Assembly (NCBI GenBank): GCA_000934665.2
Contig: KZ538399.1
Coordinates: 54,969-74,968 of the forward strand
Direction of reading: 5' to 3'
Source: Catajapyx aquilonaris
Lineage: Eukaryota
Length of the DNA: 20,000 bases
Under the pieces are notes generated by a model. That model ran no database searches. It was not told the DNA's origin and worked only from the letters and a program-made list of their open reading frames with translations. Positions within the stretch are counted from its first letter, which is position 1. Each line of letters starts with the position of its first letter. A program made the position numbers and the translations under genes. Below, piece after piece: positions 9,401 through 19,476 of the stretch.

Positions 9401-12400
9401 GGGTAACGTAAAAAAATAAAAAATATATAAAAAGAGCAACCCACATAAAGTCACTGTGAAGACTCTGAGGGTGATCAGCTCATGGCCTCGAAAAAACTGA
9501 TGACCTTGGAGGTCAGTTCAAGAAGCCGCAGTAGAGTTTAGAATTGATGATGTTATTTATTGATGTTTATGGAGTTCCAGGGGTCGAATTTTGAAATTTT
9601 CGTCCAGATGCAAAGTTTGCACTGCGGTAGTGCAAATTGTACCTTTGCGGCTTTGCATCCGAATATTTTGACCCCTGGAGTTATGACCGGTCGCATTCAA
9701 GAATTCGTGAATTCAATGATATTCATGAATCATGAATTGGAAGGTGAATTGAGCCCCTTGTCGGCGGTGGGGGGATTGGCTACCCTTGCCGACGATGAGG
9801 GGAGCCAATTCTGATACCAGCCACCCGTCATAGAGTTTGCAGACACACGTACCGGCATATCCTCCCGGGATCCCGGGATCAAGGGATCAAGGCAGTAATA
9901 CCGTCAAAGTCGTTCGAAAACCCCGCCAAGAATCAGGGAACGACAGATGGCGGCACTGGTGAGTGATCCAACGACGGTATCTTGAGGCGGCGAATATTTT
10001 CATGGCAGAAGCATCAAACTGGAAATAGCGAATAGGCATCAACATTCTGCAGCCTGTAGGTTGTTGCTACGCAGATTTCCGATTACAAATGTAGACATGT
10101 ATTATGAGGCTCAAATTGTTTTGGCCACTTTGAAGCACCCTTCGCACAGGCCCCACGGTGTAGAGCGAGTGTGTGTGTGAAGGGTTGCTTCAAGACCAGG
10201 ATAACGTGGCCGAAAGAATTTGAGCCCCATAGTCTACAGGGTGGGGCAAAAGTCATGGGCGGATAAAAACGACACAGCATGGCGTAAGTAACGAACGATT
10301 ATATTTAAAAAAAATTACACTACACAGAGAAAGATATGCCATTTATGGATCAAGGTCCAAAAAAGTTACTTCTTGAAAACAACACCCGATAGATGTCCAC
10401 CTTTGCGGGCAACACATTCCTCCAAGCACTGGATGAAACCCTTCATAACGCGCTCCAGCATGTCCCGGGGAATGTTTCTCATGGCGTGCCTTATCTGATC
10501 CTTAAGATCAGCCAACGACTTTAGTGGGGGCTTAACGTCGGCCTATTTCTGCCGCTAGGCTCAACACAGACGCCAGGGGATGGTCCTCCTCCTGGAAATT
10601 TGGCCACTCTGGGGATCTTTAATGTGCACTGGCGCAATGTCACAAGCACACGGGACCGACGGCTTTACTTCCCCTCCGAAGGAAGGCGCACTCTCACTTT
10701 TCTACCACCCGGAGAAAAGTCACCGACCTTGGCCGGGTTCGAACCCACAACTTTGGGACTAAAGGCATGCGTGCTAACCACCAGACCACCAGCGCCAATG
10801 ACTGAGGGCGTGTGGCGAACACCAAACAAATTAAAAGTCAAGTGTTTCCCGGGCGGGTCATTTCGAGATTTGGGGACATTCCATGGTGGTCGCCGGATTT
10901 GAGGACCCCCAACTTCTTCTTGTGGGGGTACCTGAAGACACGTCCACACGTCCTCAGTCATTGGCTGATCTTAAGGATCAGATAAGATACGCCGTGAGAA
11001 ACATTCCCCTGGACATGCTGGAGCGCATTATGAAGGGTTTCGTCCGGCGCTTGGAGGATGTGTTGCCTGCAAAGGAGGACATCTATCCATTGTTGTTTTC
11101 AAGGAGTGACTTTTTTGGACCTTGATCCATAAATGGAATATCTTTCTCCGTGTAGTGTAATTTAAAAAATATATAATCGTTTGTTACTTACGCCATGCTG
11201 TGTTGTTTTTATCCGCCCATGACTTTTGCCCCACCCTGTACAAACTTTGTTGAGGACAAATTTTAAGTGCAATGTGATTTAAATGAGGAGGAGTAAACTA
11301 ATTGGAAACTATACCACTGACAAAGCATTGGAGGAGCTTTCTCATTATACCAATGAGCATCCCATTTGAACGTGTATTTTATTATATTTTCAGGACAAGA
11401 TGAGAGTGTCTTGCGTCGCCACTCATCTTTCGGGGAAGTCCCAGGAGAAAGCAATGTACTCAGGAAGGTTGCATCCCTCACATTAGACAGAGCCACTGTT
11501 GAGCAAAGGGTGGCCAAGCCAAAGTTTGTTCCGGAGAAGCTTGATTTCAGAATTTATGAGAAATTTGAAGGTGCTGTGCCCATTGTTTTACTGCATGCAT
11601 GCGTATTTGTATAAAAACTTTGGGTAATGAGTAACATATCTGATACAAATTTTTTAGGTCAAATGTTGATCAACTGGTTTGTGTCTGCATTCGCTGAGGA
11701 CCATTACCTACGACCTGTGCTGAATGTTCAGGATCTCAAGATTTTGGCAGTTCAATTTTGCACTCATCTGTTAGCTGCAGGAGTCATCTGCCAAATTGAA
11801 GACAAAGGAGTTTGTTTGGAGAATTTGTTTAGGGTAAGAAAATATTTCTGGTTGGGTTTTATTTGTGTGCCAGCTAAATATTTGACAATTTTTGTTCTTC
11901 TTTATGGAAATGTACAGCCAGATTTGATGTATTACTGGGCCCATTCTGAACAACCTGCTGCCCAGACTCCTGCACCTGGAAAACTTTCTCCTGTGGCGTG
12001 GCCACCTGCTAGTCCCGACTTTTCCGATGCCACACCCAGGGCTGGAGCTAAATACACAGAAGCAGGTAGGTTGCACCAGGAGCACAGTTATTGTTGTCAG
12101 TATATCAGTTGGTTAGTTGTAGTGGTATTATACATAGTTATTACTGTGTGCCAGTCAGTGGGGTTTACTGAGATCAATGCAATTTATATCAATTTTCAAC
12201 TGCTATGAACTAGTCCCATATATTCATGTACATTTTAAATATGATTACATTAGGACATCCAGTTTATTTCTGGAAGTGAGATCTAAGTACAATTGAAGAT
12301 GGGATATTTTTGGTCTAATCCAAGGGCTTGGCTACTTGCGCAGAATACTTGCTCACTTTGTCACATAATAATCGCTCGTAATCCTGAGTAGGCCCCAGTG

Positions 12401-15400
12401 GTTTCTTATGGCAATGATTTTGTATAATCATGAATAATAATAGTCAGAGATACCCTTCAAAGAGAAGTGGCCAATTCCTTGGTCAAATCTTATAGGTTGA
12501 ATTTCAACTTTCTATCATTCTTTATTGTGGATTTGATATTAATTATGCAAGACCATTAAAGGAGCCCCAAAAAATAAATCTCAAAATTGTATTTTTTAAA
12601 CTTCATGTGACCTTGAAAAAGCATGCCAGTCCAAACAATTTGCATTTCAAAACAGAAGATATGAATTTTTAAAGTTTGAGATTGGTGGAACCATGTGGCC
12701 ATGTCGTTGACAACATGAGTAATCAAAGTCAACAATGGAACATGGCCTGGCCTTGCATTGATGGCTGTTTGCCACCGTCCAGAGTCATATGTGGTCCTTT
12801 TGTGTTCTGATGTGACCATATTCAATGGGATCACTCCAAAGCTGGACTGCAGCAGTGATTTTTCCAGACATCCGAAATGCCCCCATAGATACTCTGTGAA
12901 AATTTCCACACTACCATATGTTTACAATGCTGTCATTGTTCATTAATGACTGATGAGGTCACAAGTAGCAATAGTGAGAGAGACCAGGCAGAGAAAATGG
13001 GCAGGGGCACTTCCTCTTTCCCCATATTTTACCTGGGTTGATCATGGATACATGTAGTTTTTCAGATCGTAGGGACTGAATTTGTAGACAATGGCCCTTT
13101 AACCCTCAGTATGAAACCTCATTTAGCCATGCTTAACTTGAAACGTGGGGTCCTTTTTTGACCTCACATCGTTTCTATACTATAAACTAACATCAACAGC
13201 AAATGTAAAAATATTTTTACCTCCTAAATTCAGTCTGTATTATATGTGACATGTAGCCTACAAAGAAAATTCATCTCCTATGATGCTTGGTTGACTCATG
13301 ATGACCTGTAGTCTTTCTTGATATGTCATAAAAATCGGAAGATTGAAATAAATACTGTATATTTTTCAATACGGGAAGGGTTGATCACTAAATGAACTAC
13401 ATGGGTCATGTTGCTTTCTATTTTGCGATGATGCCTGTCAGGTCATGAATTTGCTATGGGTAATTAGGGTAAGAAAAAAACTGGTCGCTGACTTGAGACG
13501 TGGGATCCTTTTTGGACCCCAAGACGACTAGTGAGAGTTTAAATTACCTTGACTCGCTTGAAGAATTTTTTTCGGTGCTCATAAATTTTTTTCAGGTATG
13601 AAAGAGTATATTTGAGGAATACAGGTGTCAGATTTTTCATTTTGACCAAAACTTGCTTCAGGGTGGTGACATAAGTATACCTTGGGGTCCAAAAAGGACC
13701 CCACGTTTCAAGTTAAGGGTTAAGGATCTTGTTCTTTTATCAATTACTAGTCTGAATGTTTTTGCTATTGCAGAAGTGCAGCAGATAGTTATGGCCATAA
13801 AAAAAGACAATCAAGAGCCAACCCAGCACAAGCAGGAAGGACAGGAGTCTCCTACCAAACTTCCAGAAGACCAATTCCTTCCAAGTATTAAGAAGTATGA
13901 GGAGAAGATCCAGGAGCTGGAAGAGCTGGTGAGGCAGCTCAGGATGGAAGTGGACCGGTACAAGACACTCTCCAGCATTCAGGTTGGTCTTGAAGTCTGG
14001 TAACACAATTTAGATTATTCAGGACTGAGCCAAGTTTCTTCCTTGTTGTGATTTAGGGTAAGGAGCACCAAATTCAGTAAAACACATCTGCCTTTTGTAG
14101 TTGGAAATTTGTGATTTTTATGCCTGATTGCACCAACTGAATTACCGTTCCGATAGCTCCTAACAGATTGTTAGGTAGCACTTTTAATGTGTCCTAACGA
14201 TCTGTTAGGAGCTATCAGATCGGTAATTCAGTTGGTGCAATCAGTCATGACTGTTGGTGCAATCGGTCATTATCTCATTAGTCATGACAGAAAAGGGAAA
14301 TAGCCAATCACAATAAGGGAAATCTAAAAAATTGGCTTGGGTGTAAGATTGGGTACTGATTCTAGGTCAAAAGGTGGGCATCACATGTAATGTGATATTT
14401 AGCAGCAAATATTGGCTACTGTTGTACAGTGAAAAAAAGCAATAGGCGATTGCCATTACATTCTGTACCCATGTGTGGAGGGAGTGAATGGGGCGTGTTC
14501 TTGATTCCTATTTTTCTATGGTGCCTCTGATCGGGAGAGGTATTTCCATGAAGATGGGATGTTAGGACATTACTTGATCCAATTATACGATCAGTTTTGC
14601 AAGCAGTATTATGCCATCCCATTGTGGAATTCGGGTTCTACCAGTATATTGTGATGGGAAAGACGATAAAATAATGTATGCATCGAGGACACTAAATATT
14701 CAAGCAGTTCATGGACTTTTTTGTGCTTAGCATCCAACAATACATGACATTAAATCCAATGACTTAACATAAACAGTAATTTTCTGTTCCTGATAGCTTT
14801 GTATACCATGTCACTAATAAGTAGTGTGCAAGTCAGGTAAAGGATTTTTTTTTTGTTGGAAACCATCGATAATAACCGTGCTACTTCCTGGTCATTTTTG
14901 TATTAGATATTCAAAAATGTTAAAGGTACCTTTAAAATTAATTTCATCAGGGAGACGTAGTGGCGCTGCGGTAACGTATGCGCCCATGGATATAAGGGTC
15001 CCGGGTTTGATCCCCAGCCCGGGCTTTCCCCCCTTTATCTCATGCAGAGTTGAGTCATCTCTGGCTATGTCTAGGTTGATATAAACCACCTGGGGAGCTC
15101 ACAAAATGTATCCATATTAGTCATTTGCACTGCACTTTGCACATCCTCTCCTAGTTACCCTGCCCATGGGCCCAGGCGCTTCGTACAAGGCACCAGTTAA
15201 TATTGAACTACATCAATATCGCTTGGGGCAATTAGTCCCTCNCCCTCCCCCCCTCCCCCCCCCCCCCAAATAATAATAATAATAATAATAATTTCGCTTG
15301 CGGTGGGCTTACTCCCCGCCCTTTATGGTTTCTTCACCTTGTGCTTATGAAATGGGTCCCCCTCCGAAATTTTTCTGCCTACGCGCCTGGACCTTGTCAT

Positions 15401-18400
15401 AAACTAGTTGAATAACCCTGCCCTCTAGAGTCTAGAGTCTAGAGTCTAGAGTCTAGGGTAACCATTATATCCCGATGTAATGATTAGTAGAAGGAACTAT
15501 TGAAGAACACCTACTGTAGTTTGAATTTCATGGCACTTACCGTTTGCACAATTTGGTTGATCATGGCCTCTTGCAGAGCACATCCAATAGCACATATACA
15601 GTATTTTGTACAATATACCAGTCAGGGGCGTACCAAGACTCTTGGGGGCCCTGGGGCGAAAAGGTATGCGGGGCCCCCTCCATAGTAATACGCAGCAGTG
15701 GGGGATCCAGGAATTTTTCTGGGAGGGGGGGGGGGCGATCAGGGCCTGGCGCAGGCGAAATTTGTTTCGGTTCAAGGTCACAACCGCAAAATTGCACTGT
15801 TCTAGAGGGTTTTTGCGAGTTTTCCACCCGTTTTTTTTTTATTTTGTTTCTTTTTGCCCCCCCCTAAATCCGCCACTGGTAATACGCAATGATAACGTAT
15901 AGGCTAACTATTAATGCAATGATTTCTCATTTTCATTGTTTTTGTGCCATACTGATTACTGACACTGCGACTGCGAGAGTCTGACAGTGAGATAGTACGA
16001 GCTAAGACCCCGAATTGATTGGATCGAACCCGCTTTCTTACGTCTTATAGAATATAGAATATAGGTTATAGACGTTAGGCCTATTATGGATTTGTGGGTT
16101 TCCTCAAAATTTTCTAAAACTCGTCGGAAAATTCGGAGGCCCTGGGGCAGTCGCCCCACCTGCCCCTATGGAAGTTACGCCACTGATACCAGTATATGAT
16201 GGAGTTGTGCAGCATGCATATGAGAATGTGTGCCCCTGGCTTAATGGGATTACACTTAATGATATGTGCTGGGGCCTCTGTTGAAAGGACTCCAAATTCC
16301 ACACTAATTGTGAGGCCGTTAATAACCAAGCAATATGAGGGAAAATGTGTGAAATAATTCTTGTTGTGTTGTTATTTTGCCACCCTCATATGTCCCATGT
16401 TGCACATTCATAGTTGGATTTAAATGCCTTATGCCTGTGGGCTGAATAACTGCTAATATTAGTATCTTGGTCTGGTGAGGTACTTTCTGTATTAATCTAG
16501 TTTTTATGCATGTTATCAGGAGTTGACAGCCCGAACCCAGGCTGACTTTATGTCACCTGTTGAGGAGAACAAGGACATGGCAACTGCTTTACTGGCAGGA
16601 GCGCCAGGAATGGTTGGAGGCATGGAAGCTACTTCTGCAGAGCAAGCCGGAGTATCCATTGCTCCTCCTCCTCCACCTCCGATGCCTGGGATGATGGAAG
16701 GACCACCTCCTCCTCCCCCACCTCCCCCGATGCCTGGGATGACAGGACCACCACCTCCACCCCCTATGCCTGGAATGGCTGTACCACCTCCCCCTCCTCC
16801 AATGCCAGGAATGGGACCTGCACCTCCACCTCCTCCTCCACCCATGCCTGGGATGGGTGGTCCTCCGCCTCCACCTCCTATGCCTGGAATGGGTGGTCCT
16901 CCACCTCCGCCTCCTATGCCTGGAATGGGAGGTCCTCCGCCTCCACCGCCTATGCCTGGAATGGGAGGTCCTCCGCCTCCACCGCCTATGCCTGGAATGG
17001 GAGGTCCTCCACCTCCACCCTTTCCAGGAATGGGGCCACCTCCACCACCTATGCCTGGGATGGGGCCTCCACCCCCACCTCTGCCTGGTATGGGTGCTGC
17101 ACCTGTACCACCACCCTCTCCTGGAGGTCCTGCTCCGTTGCCACCCCCACCTCCAGAAGGATGGTACGCACAGAGAAACTGTAAGTAAACCAGACGCAAA
17201 CTTACATTTGCGCTTTTTTTCTTTTTAAATAAGTGCAAATACTTGCCCAACACCAATGAAGTTCGCCTAGCACAAAAATCACCTGCATGTCGATGTTACA
17301 AATACGAATTACTTGAGAATGAATCATGTTTTAATCACACAACTTATATTCTAATGAGCCACATGGAAGAGCAATGTTGGGGCGAGATATCAGTGCATTT
17401 GTTAGTGGAACAAGATGAATAGGACAGTATTTATTTAGCATGCCAGGGTCAATGGAGTTCGCCAGAGCGCTAAACGCGTCACAAAGTTTGCCTAGAAGCA
17501 GATGACATTGCCATGGGCAGCAATGACGGCCTCCACACTACACGACATGTGTTGAATGAGCTCTTGCACTCAGCTAGAGTGATGGTGTCCGAACCTCCTG
17601 TAGTTTGGCCCTCAAGGGATGCCTTGGTGCAAGGATGTTTCCTCTGAAGTACCTTCTTCATGATTTTCCAGTCTATCTCTATCGGATTGAGGGCCAGGCT
17701 GCTTTATGGCCACGTAGAATGTCAATCCCCTTGTCTGCTTCCGGTGTTTTAGCAAGATGCAAAGTCCTGTTGAAATATTATGTTGATATCCGGATGTAAG
17801 GTTGCTATTGAGGGCACACACAGCGGATGGTCTCTCAAAATCTCCAGAAACATGGCTGTATCAATGGTGCCACTGATGCCGTGAAAGTTGCCAAGGCTTA
17901 CACTACCCATGCATCCCCACACCATAATGCTTTGTGCATGTTTGACGGTTCTAGTGAGACATTGGGATGGTACACCTCTGCCTCTGTTTGCAGTACTTGA
18001 TTATGGATGTCCCTGTACTGACTAATTCATTGTGAAACTTGACTAATTCCACATCTGATTTGCCCAATGCTTCCATTCCTTCTCCCAAGCAAGTCTTTTT
18101 CCTGTTTCAGTACCATCAAGAGTGGTTTCTTCTTCCCCTATTGTCAAGAGGGCAGGTCCTGATTTCATGAATTCCCCGTTAGTCTTTGAGAAGCCACGCA
18201 TAAAAGTTCATCTTCATGTCATGGATGCAGAGTCGACATGTTGTTGTGGCTTGTGGGGAACACCTTTTGAGTCACCTCTGACCATTTTGAAATTGATGGT
18301 AGCTGCTCCTTTCACTGATTTTGCAACACATTTTTTTCAGCTCTCAGTTTTTCCTTGCTGCTGTTGCCTGGTGACGTCCATAATAAGGTTTTTCTGGATG

Positions 18401-19476
18401 GTTCTTATAGTTTTGTTACTTCATGCAATGCCCCTTACCATGGAGCATGGCACATGCCCTTCTTGTCCACCCACATACGCAGACTTTCCTTCTTCAGAGC
18501 TCTTCCATATCACCTTGCAAACCTCGGAATGGCTTACCACCTCCCGTGATTGTTATTTTCAGACACAGTGTGCAATGAGTAATGACATTGTGGCACAGGG
18601 CAAGAGACCTGCACTTTTTTTCCCATCTGGCACCACCGCATCAGTCTGTATTTAACAGTGGGCAAACTCTGTGGCTCGTTTAGCACTCTGGGCGAACTCC
18701 ATTGCCCCCGGCATGCTAAATAAATACTGTCCTATTCATCTTGTTCCACTGACAAATGCATTGATATCTCGCCCCAACATTGCTCTTCCATGTGGCTCAT
18801 TAGAATATAAGTTGTGTGATTAAAACTTGATTCATTGTCAAGTAATCTGTATTTGTAACATCGACATGCAGGTGATTTTCGTGCTAGGGGAACTTCATTG
18901 GTGTTGGGCAAGTAGTACTTTTATGTGCCAAAATTAATGTACTGTACAAGTGGTAAGACAATTTCAATTTGACAGATTGTAAATGCTACTGATAATGATA
19001 AAATAATGAATAAGAGGATTGAATATGGTAATTATTTCATGAGTTTTGTTCTTGTACATACTGTTCATCTTATTATCTTGTTAAAAAGGAGGTTTTATAT
19101 GGATTTGCTTTTGCATAAAGACCTGCATGGCTAATAATTTCATATTTGCATGGATACCCCTACTTCCTTGACCTGCCCTGACCTGCTTATTTGAATGATA
19201 TCTGCATGGCAGCTTGTGCCTCACCTGGTCTACAATATTGGGTTGCTCCAGGTACAGTATACTTCACCCATGCTGGCCTTTTCAGTTAATTCACACTGTT
19301 TTTACTATTAGCCATGGAAAAAAAATCATCAAACAGGACATGAAAGAACAAAATATGATTCCAAGTTTTGTTTCAGTGGTTCGTAAGCAGCCAGTGAATC
19401 CAAAGGTGCCCATGAAACCCCTGTATTGGACCAGAATACAAATTTTGACACCTGCACAACAACTGCAGAGCCCAGG
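6303..19476 (+). CDS. capu: Formin of the FMN1/FMN2/Cappuccino subfamily, multi-exon and 3'-partial: join(6303..6433,6511..7117,8398..8707,11394..11570,11658..11833,11918..12065,13774..13982,16520..17180,19377..19476)
   Basis: Manual splicing gives 2519 nt in one open frame, with GT-AG at all 8 complete introns and matching phases (2,0,1,1,0,1,0,1; next donor phase 2). N-terminal MGNQQGK resembles FMN2 MGNQDGK. Also present: [11 protein letters not shown], a polyproline FH1, and the FH2 entry [20 protein letters not shown] typical of FMN/Capu. Confidence 0.92.
6511..7117 (+). CDS. capu: Formin/capu coding exon 2 (low-complexity Ser/Thr/Ala/Glu-rich N-terminal region)
   Basis: Acceptor ccttag| at 6510; frame continuous with ORF 6662..7159; donor AGG|gtgagt at 7118. 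Confidence 0.85.
8398..8707 (+). CDS. capu: Formin/capu coding exon 3 ([10 protein letters not shown]...[13 protein letters not shown]...CLVQ)
   Basis: Acceptor ttgcacag| at 8397; donor CAAG|gtatga at 8708; phases match both neighbours. Confidence 0.85.
10102..10232. mobile_element. Short foldback MITE (family B, copy 2, inverted relative to copy 1)
   Basis: Same TIR as 1534-1673 with a deletion in one arm; the interior is the reverse complement of copy 1. Confidence 0.85.
10521..10796 (-). mobile_element. tRNA-derived SINE with a Deu/Nin-like central domain
   Basis: Minus strand: GGCGCTGGTGGTCTGGTGGTTAGC (A box), GGGTTCGAACCC (B box), then GGAGGGGAAGTAAAGCCGTCGGTCCC...GCACATTAAAGATCCC. TSD gccaacgact/gccaatgact. 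Confidence 0.85.
10845..11110 (+). pseudogene. C-terminal fragment of a Tc1/mariner-superfamily transposase (frameshifted)
   Basis: [33 protein letters not shown], then after a frameshift [44 protein letters not shown]. Matches the [17 protein letters not shown] motif. Confidence 0.85.
11394..11570 (+). CDS. capu: Formin/capu coding exon 4 ([11 protein letters not shown]...[11 protein letters not shown]...[16 protein letters not shown])
   Basis: Acceptor ttttcag| at 11393; donor GAAG|gtgctg at 11571; Capu-like N-terminal motif. Confidence 0.9.
11658..11833 (+). CDS. capu: Formin/capu coding exon 5 (GQMLINWF...[12 protein letters not shown]...ENLFR; DEP-like region)
   Basis: Acceptor ttttttag| at 11657; donor AGG|gtaaga at 11834; DEP-like pattern G..LI.W...C..LL..GVI. 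Confidence 0.9.
11918..12065 (+). CDS. capu: Formin/capu coding exon 6 (PDLMYYW...KYTEA)
   Basis: Acceptor tgtacag| at 11917; donor GCAG|gtaggt at 12066; FRPDLMYYW completes the DEP-like motif. Confidence 0.88.
13103..13719. mobile_element. piggyBac-type MITE
   Basis: TTAA|CCCT...AGGG|TTAA. Inverted repeat ttaacttgaaacgtggggtccttttttgacc / ggtccaaaaaggaccccacgtttcaagttaa; third internal copy at about 13490-13523. Confidence 0.8.
13774..13982 (+). CDS. capu: Formin/capu coding exon 7 (coiled coil [21 protein letters not shown])
   Basis: Acceptor attgcag| at 13773; donor CAG|gttggt at 13983; heptad-like E/K/L pattern. Confidence 0.88.
14120..14248. mobile_element. Near-perfect foldback palindrome (Harbinger-like MITE)
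   Basis: atgcctgattgcaccaactgaattaccg..gatagctcctaacagattgttagg / cctaacgatctgttaggagctatc..cggtaattcagttggtgcaatcagtcat; partial duplicate of the terminus at about 14253-14270. Confidence 0.75.
14950..15085 (+). mobile_element. tRNA-derived SINE head fragment
   Basis: A box-like GTGGCGCTGCGGTAA and B box-like GGGTTTGATCCCC at tRNA-like spacing; no intact cloverleaf. Confidence 0.55.
15424..15457. repeat. Heptamer tandem repeat (TCTAGAG)x4.8
   Basis: Read directly from the sequence. Confidence 0.9.
15623..16184. mobile_element. hAT-type MITE (family C), host of a nested MITE
   Basis: Termini CAGGGGCGTA...TACGCCACTG; perfect 8-bp TSD ataccagt (15615-15622 and 16185-16192). Confidence 0.88.
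15693..15878. mobile_element. hAT-type MITE (family A, copy 2, internally deleted) nested in the family C element
   Basis: (CAG)CAGTGGGGGATCCAG...TAAATCCGCCACTG; 8-bp TSD gtaatacg (15685-15692 and 15879-15886); shares cgcaggcgaaattt..cggtt.aaggtcacaacc with 1219-1521. Confidence 0.85.
16520..17180 (+). CDS. capu: Formin/capu coding exon 8, FH1 polyproline domain
   Basis: Acceptor ttatcag| at 16519; donor AACT|gtaagt at 17181; 13 tracts of 5 or more prolines, mostly separated by MPGM linkers. Confidence 0.95.
16844..17023 (+). repeat. Coding minisatellite in FH1: five 36-nt units ([12 protein letters not shown])
   Basis: Units start at 16844, 16880, 16916, 16952 and 16988; units 3 and 4 are identical. 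Confidence 0.9.
17242..18912 (-). mobile_element. Decayed Tc1-family DNA transposon with about 250-bp TIRs (IR/DR type)
   Basis: TA|CTTGCCCAACACCAATGAAGTTC...GAACTTCATTGGTGTTGGGCAAG|TA; TIRs at about 17242-17492 and 18660-18912; length 1671 bp. Confidence 0.93.
17600..18620 (-). pseudogene. Degenerate Tc1 (DD34E-type) transposase; boundaries approximate
   Basis: Minus-strand motifs [15 protein letters not shown] (about 17905-17949), IFQQDFASC (about 17752-17778) and [13 protein letters not shown] (about 17653-17691), interrupted by stops and frameshifts. Confidence 0.85.
19377..19476 (+). CDS. capu: Formin/capu coding exon 9, start of the FH2 domain (lasso)
   Basis: Acceptor tttcag| at 19376; [22 protein letters not shown]; donor GG|gtaagc at 19477. 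Confidence 0.93.

Larger units (their letters stand above)
10237..11238. mobile_element. Tc1/mariner-derived foldback element with about 295-bp arms and a SINE insertion
   Basis: TA|CAGGGTGGGGCAAAAGTCATGGGCGGATAAAAAC...GTTTTTATCCGCCCATGACTTTTGCCCCACCCTG|TA. Left arm 10237-10815 (interrupted), right arm 10944-11238. Confidence 0.92.

Noticed and set aside
9496..9522. CTGATGA followed by a small hairpin
   Set aside because: No GAAA after the stem, so not a hammerhead.
10725..10796. tRNA-like sequence with GGTTCGAACCC
   Set aside because: It is the head of a SINE with a body and TSD, and has no proper acceptor stem.
12950..12998. CTGATGA-GGTC...GACC resembling a hammerhead ribozyme core
   Set aside because: Stem II is followed by AGGC rather than GAAA, and stems I and III could not be built.
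15175..15389. Possible MITE with CCAGGCGC...GCGCCTGG ends
   Set aside because: Only an 8-bp terminal match, no TSD, and an ambiguous base in a poly-C run.
16516..17256. 246-aa glycine-rich ORF on the minus strand
   Set aside because: It is the antisense shadow of the polyproline FH1 exon; CCN codons give stop-free GGN on the other strand.
18122..18655. 177-aa plus-strand ORF
   Set aside because: It is antisense to the decayed Tc1 transposase and has no coding signature.
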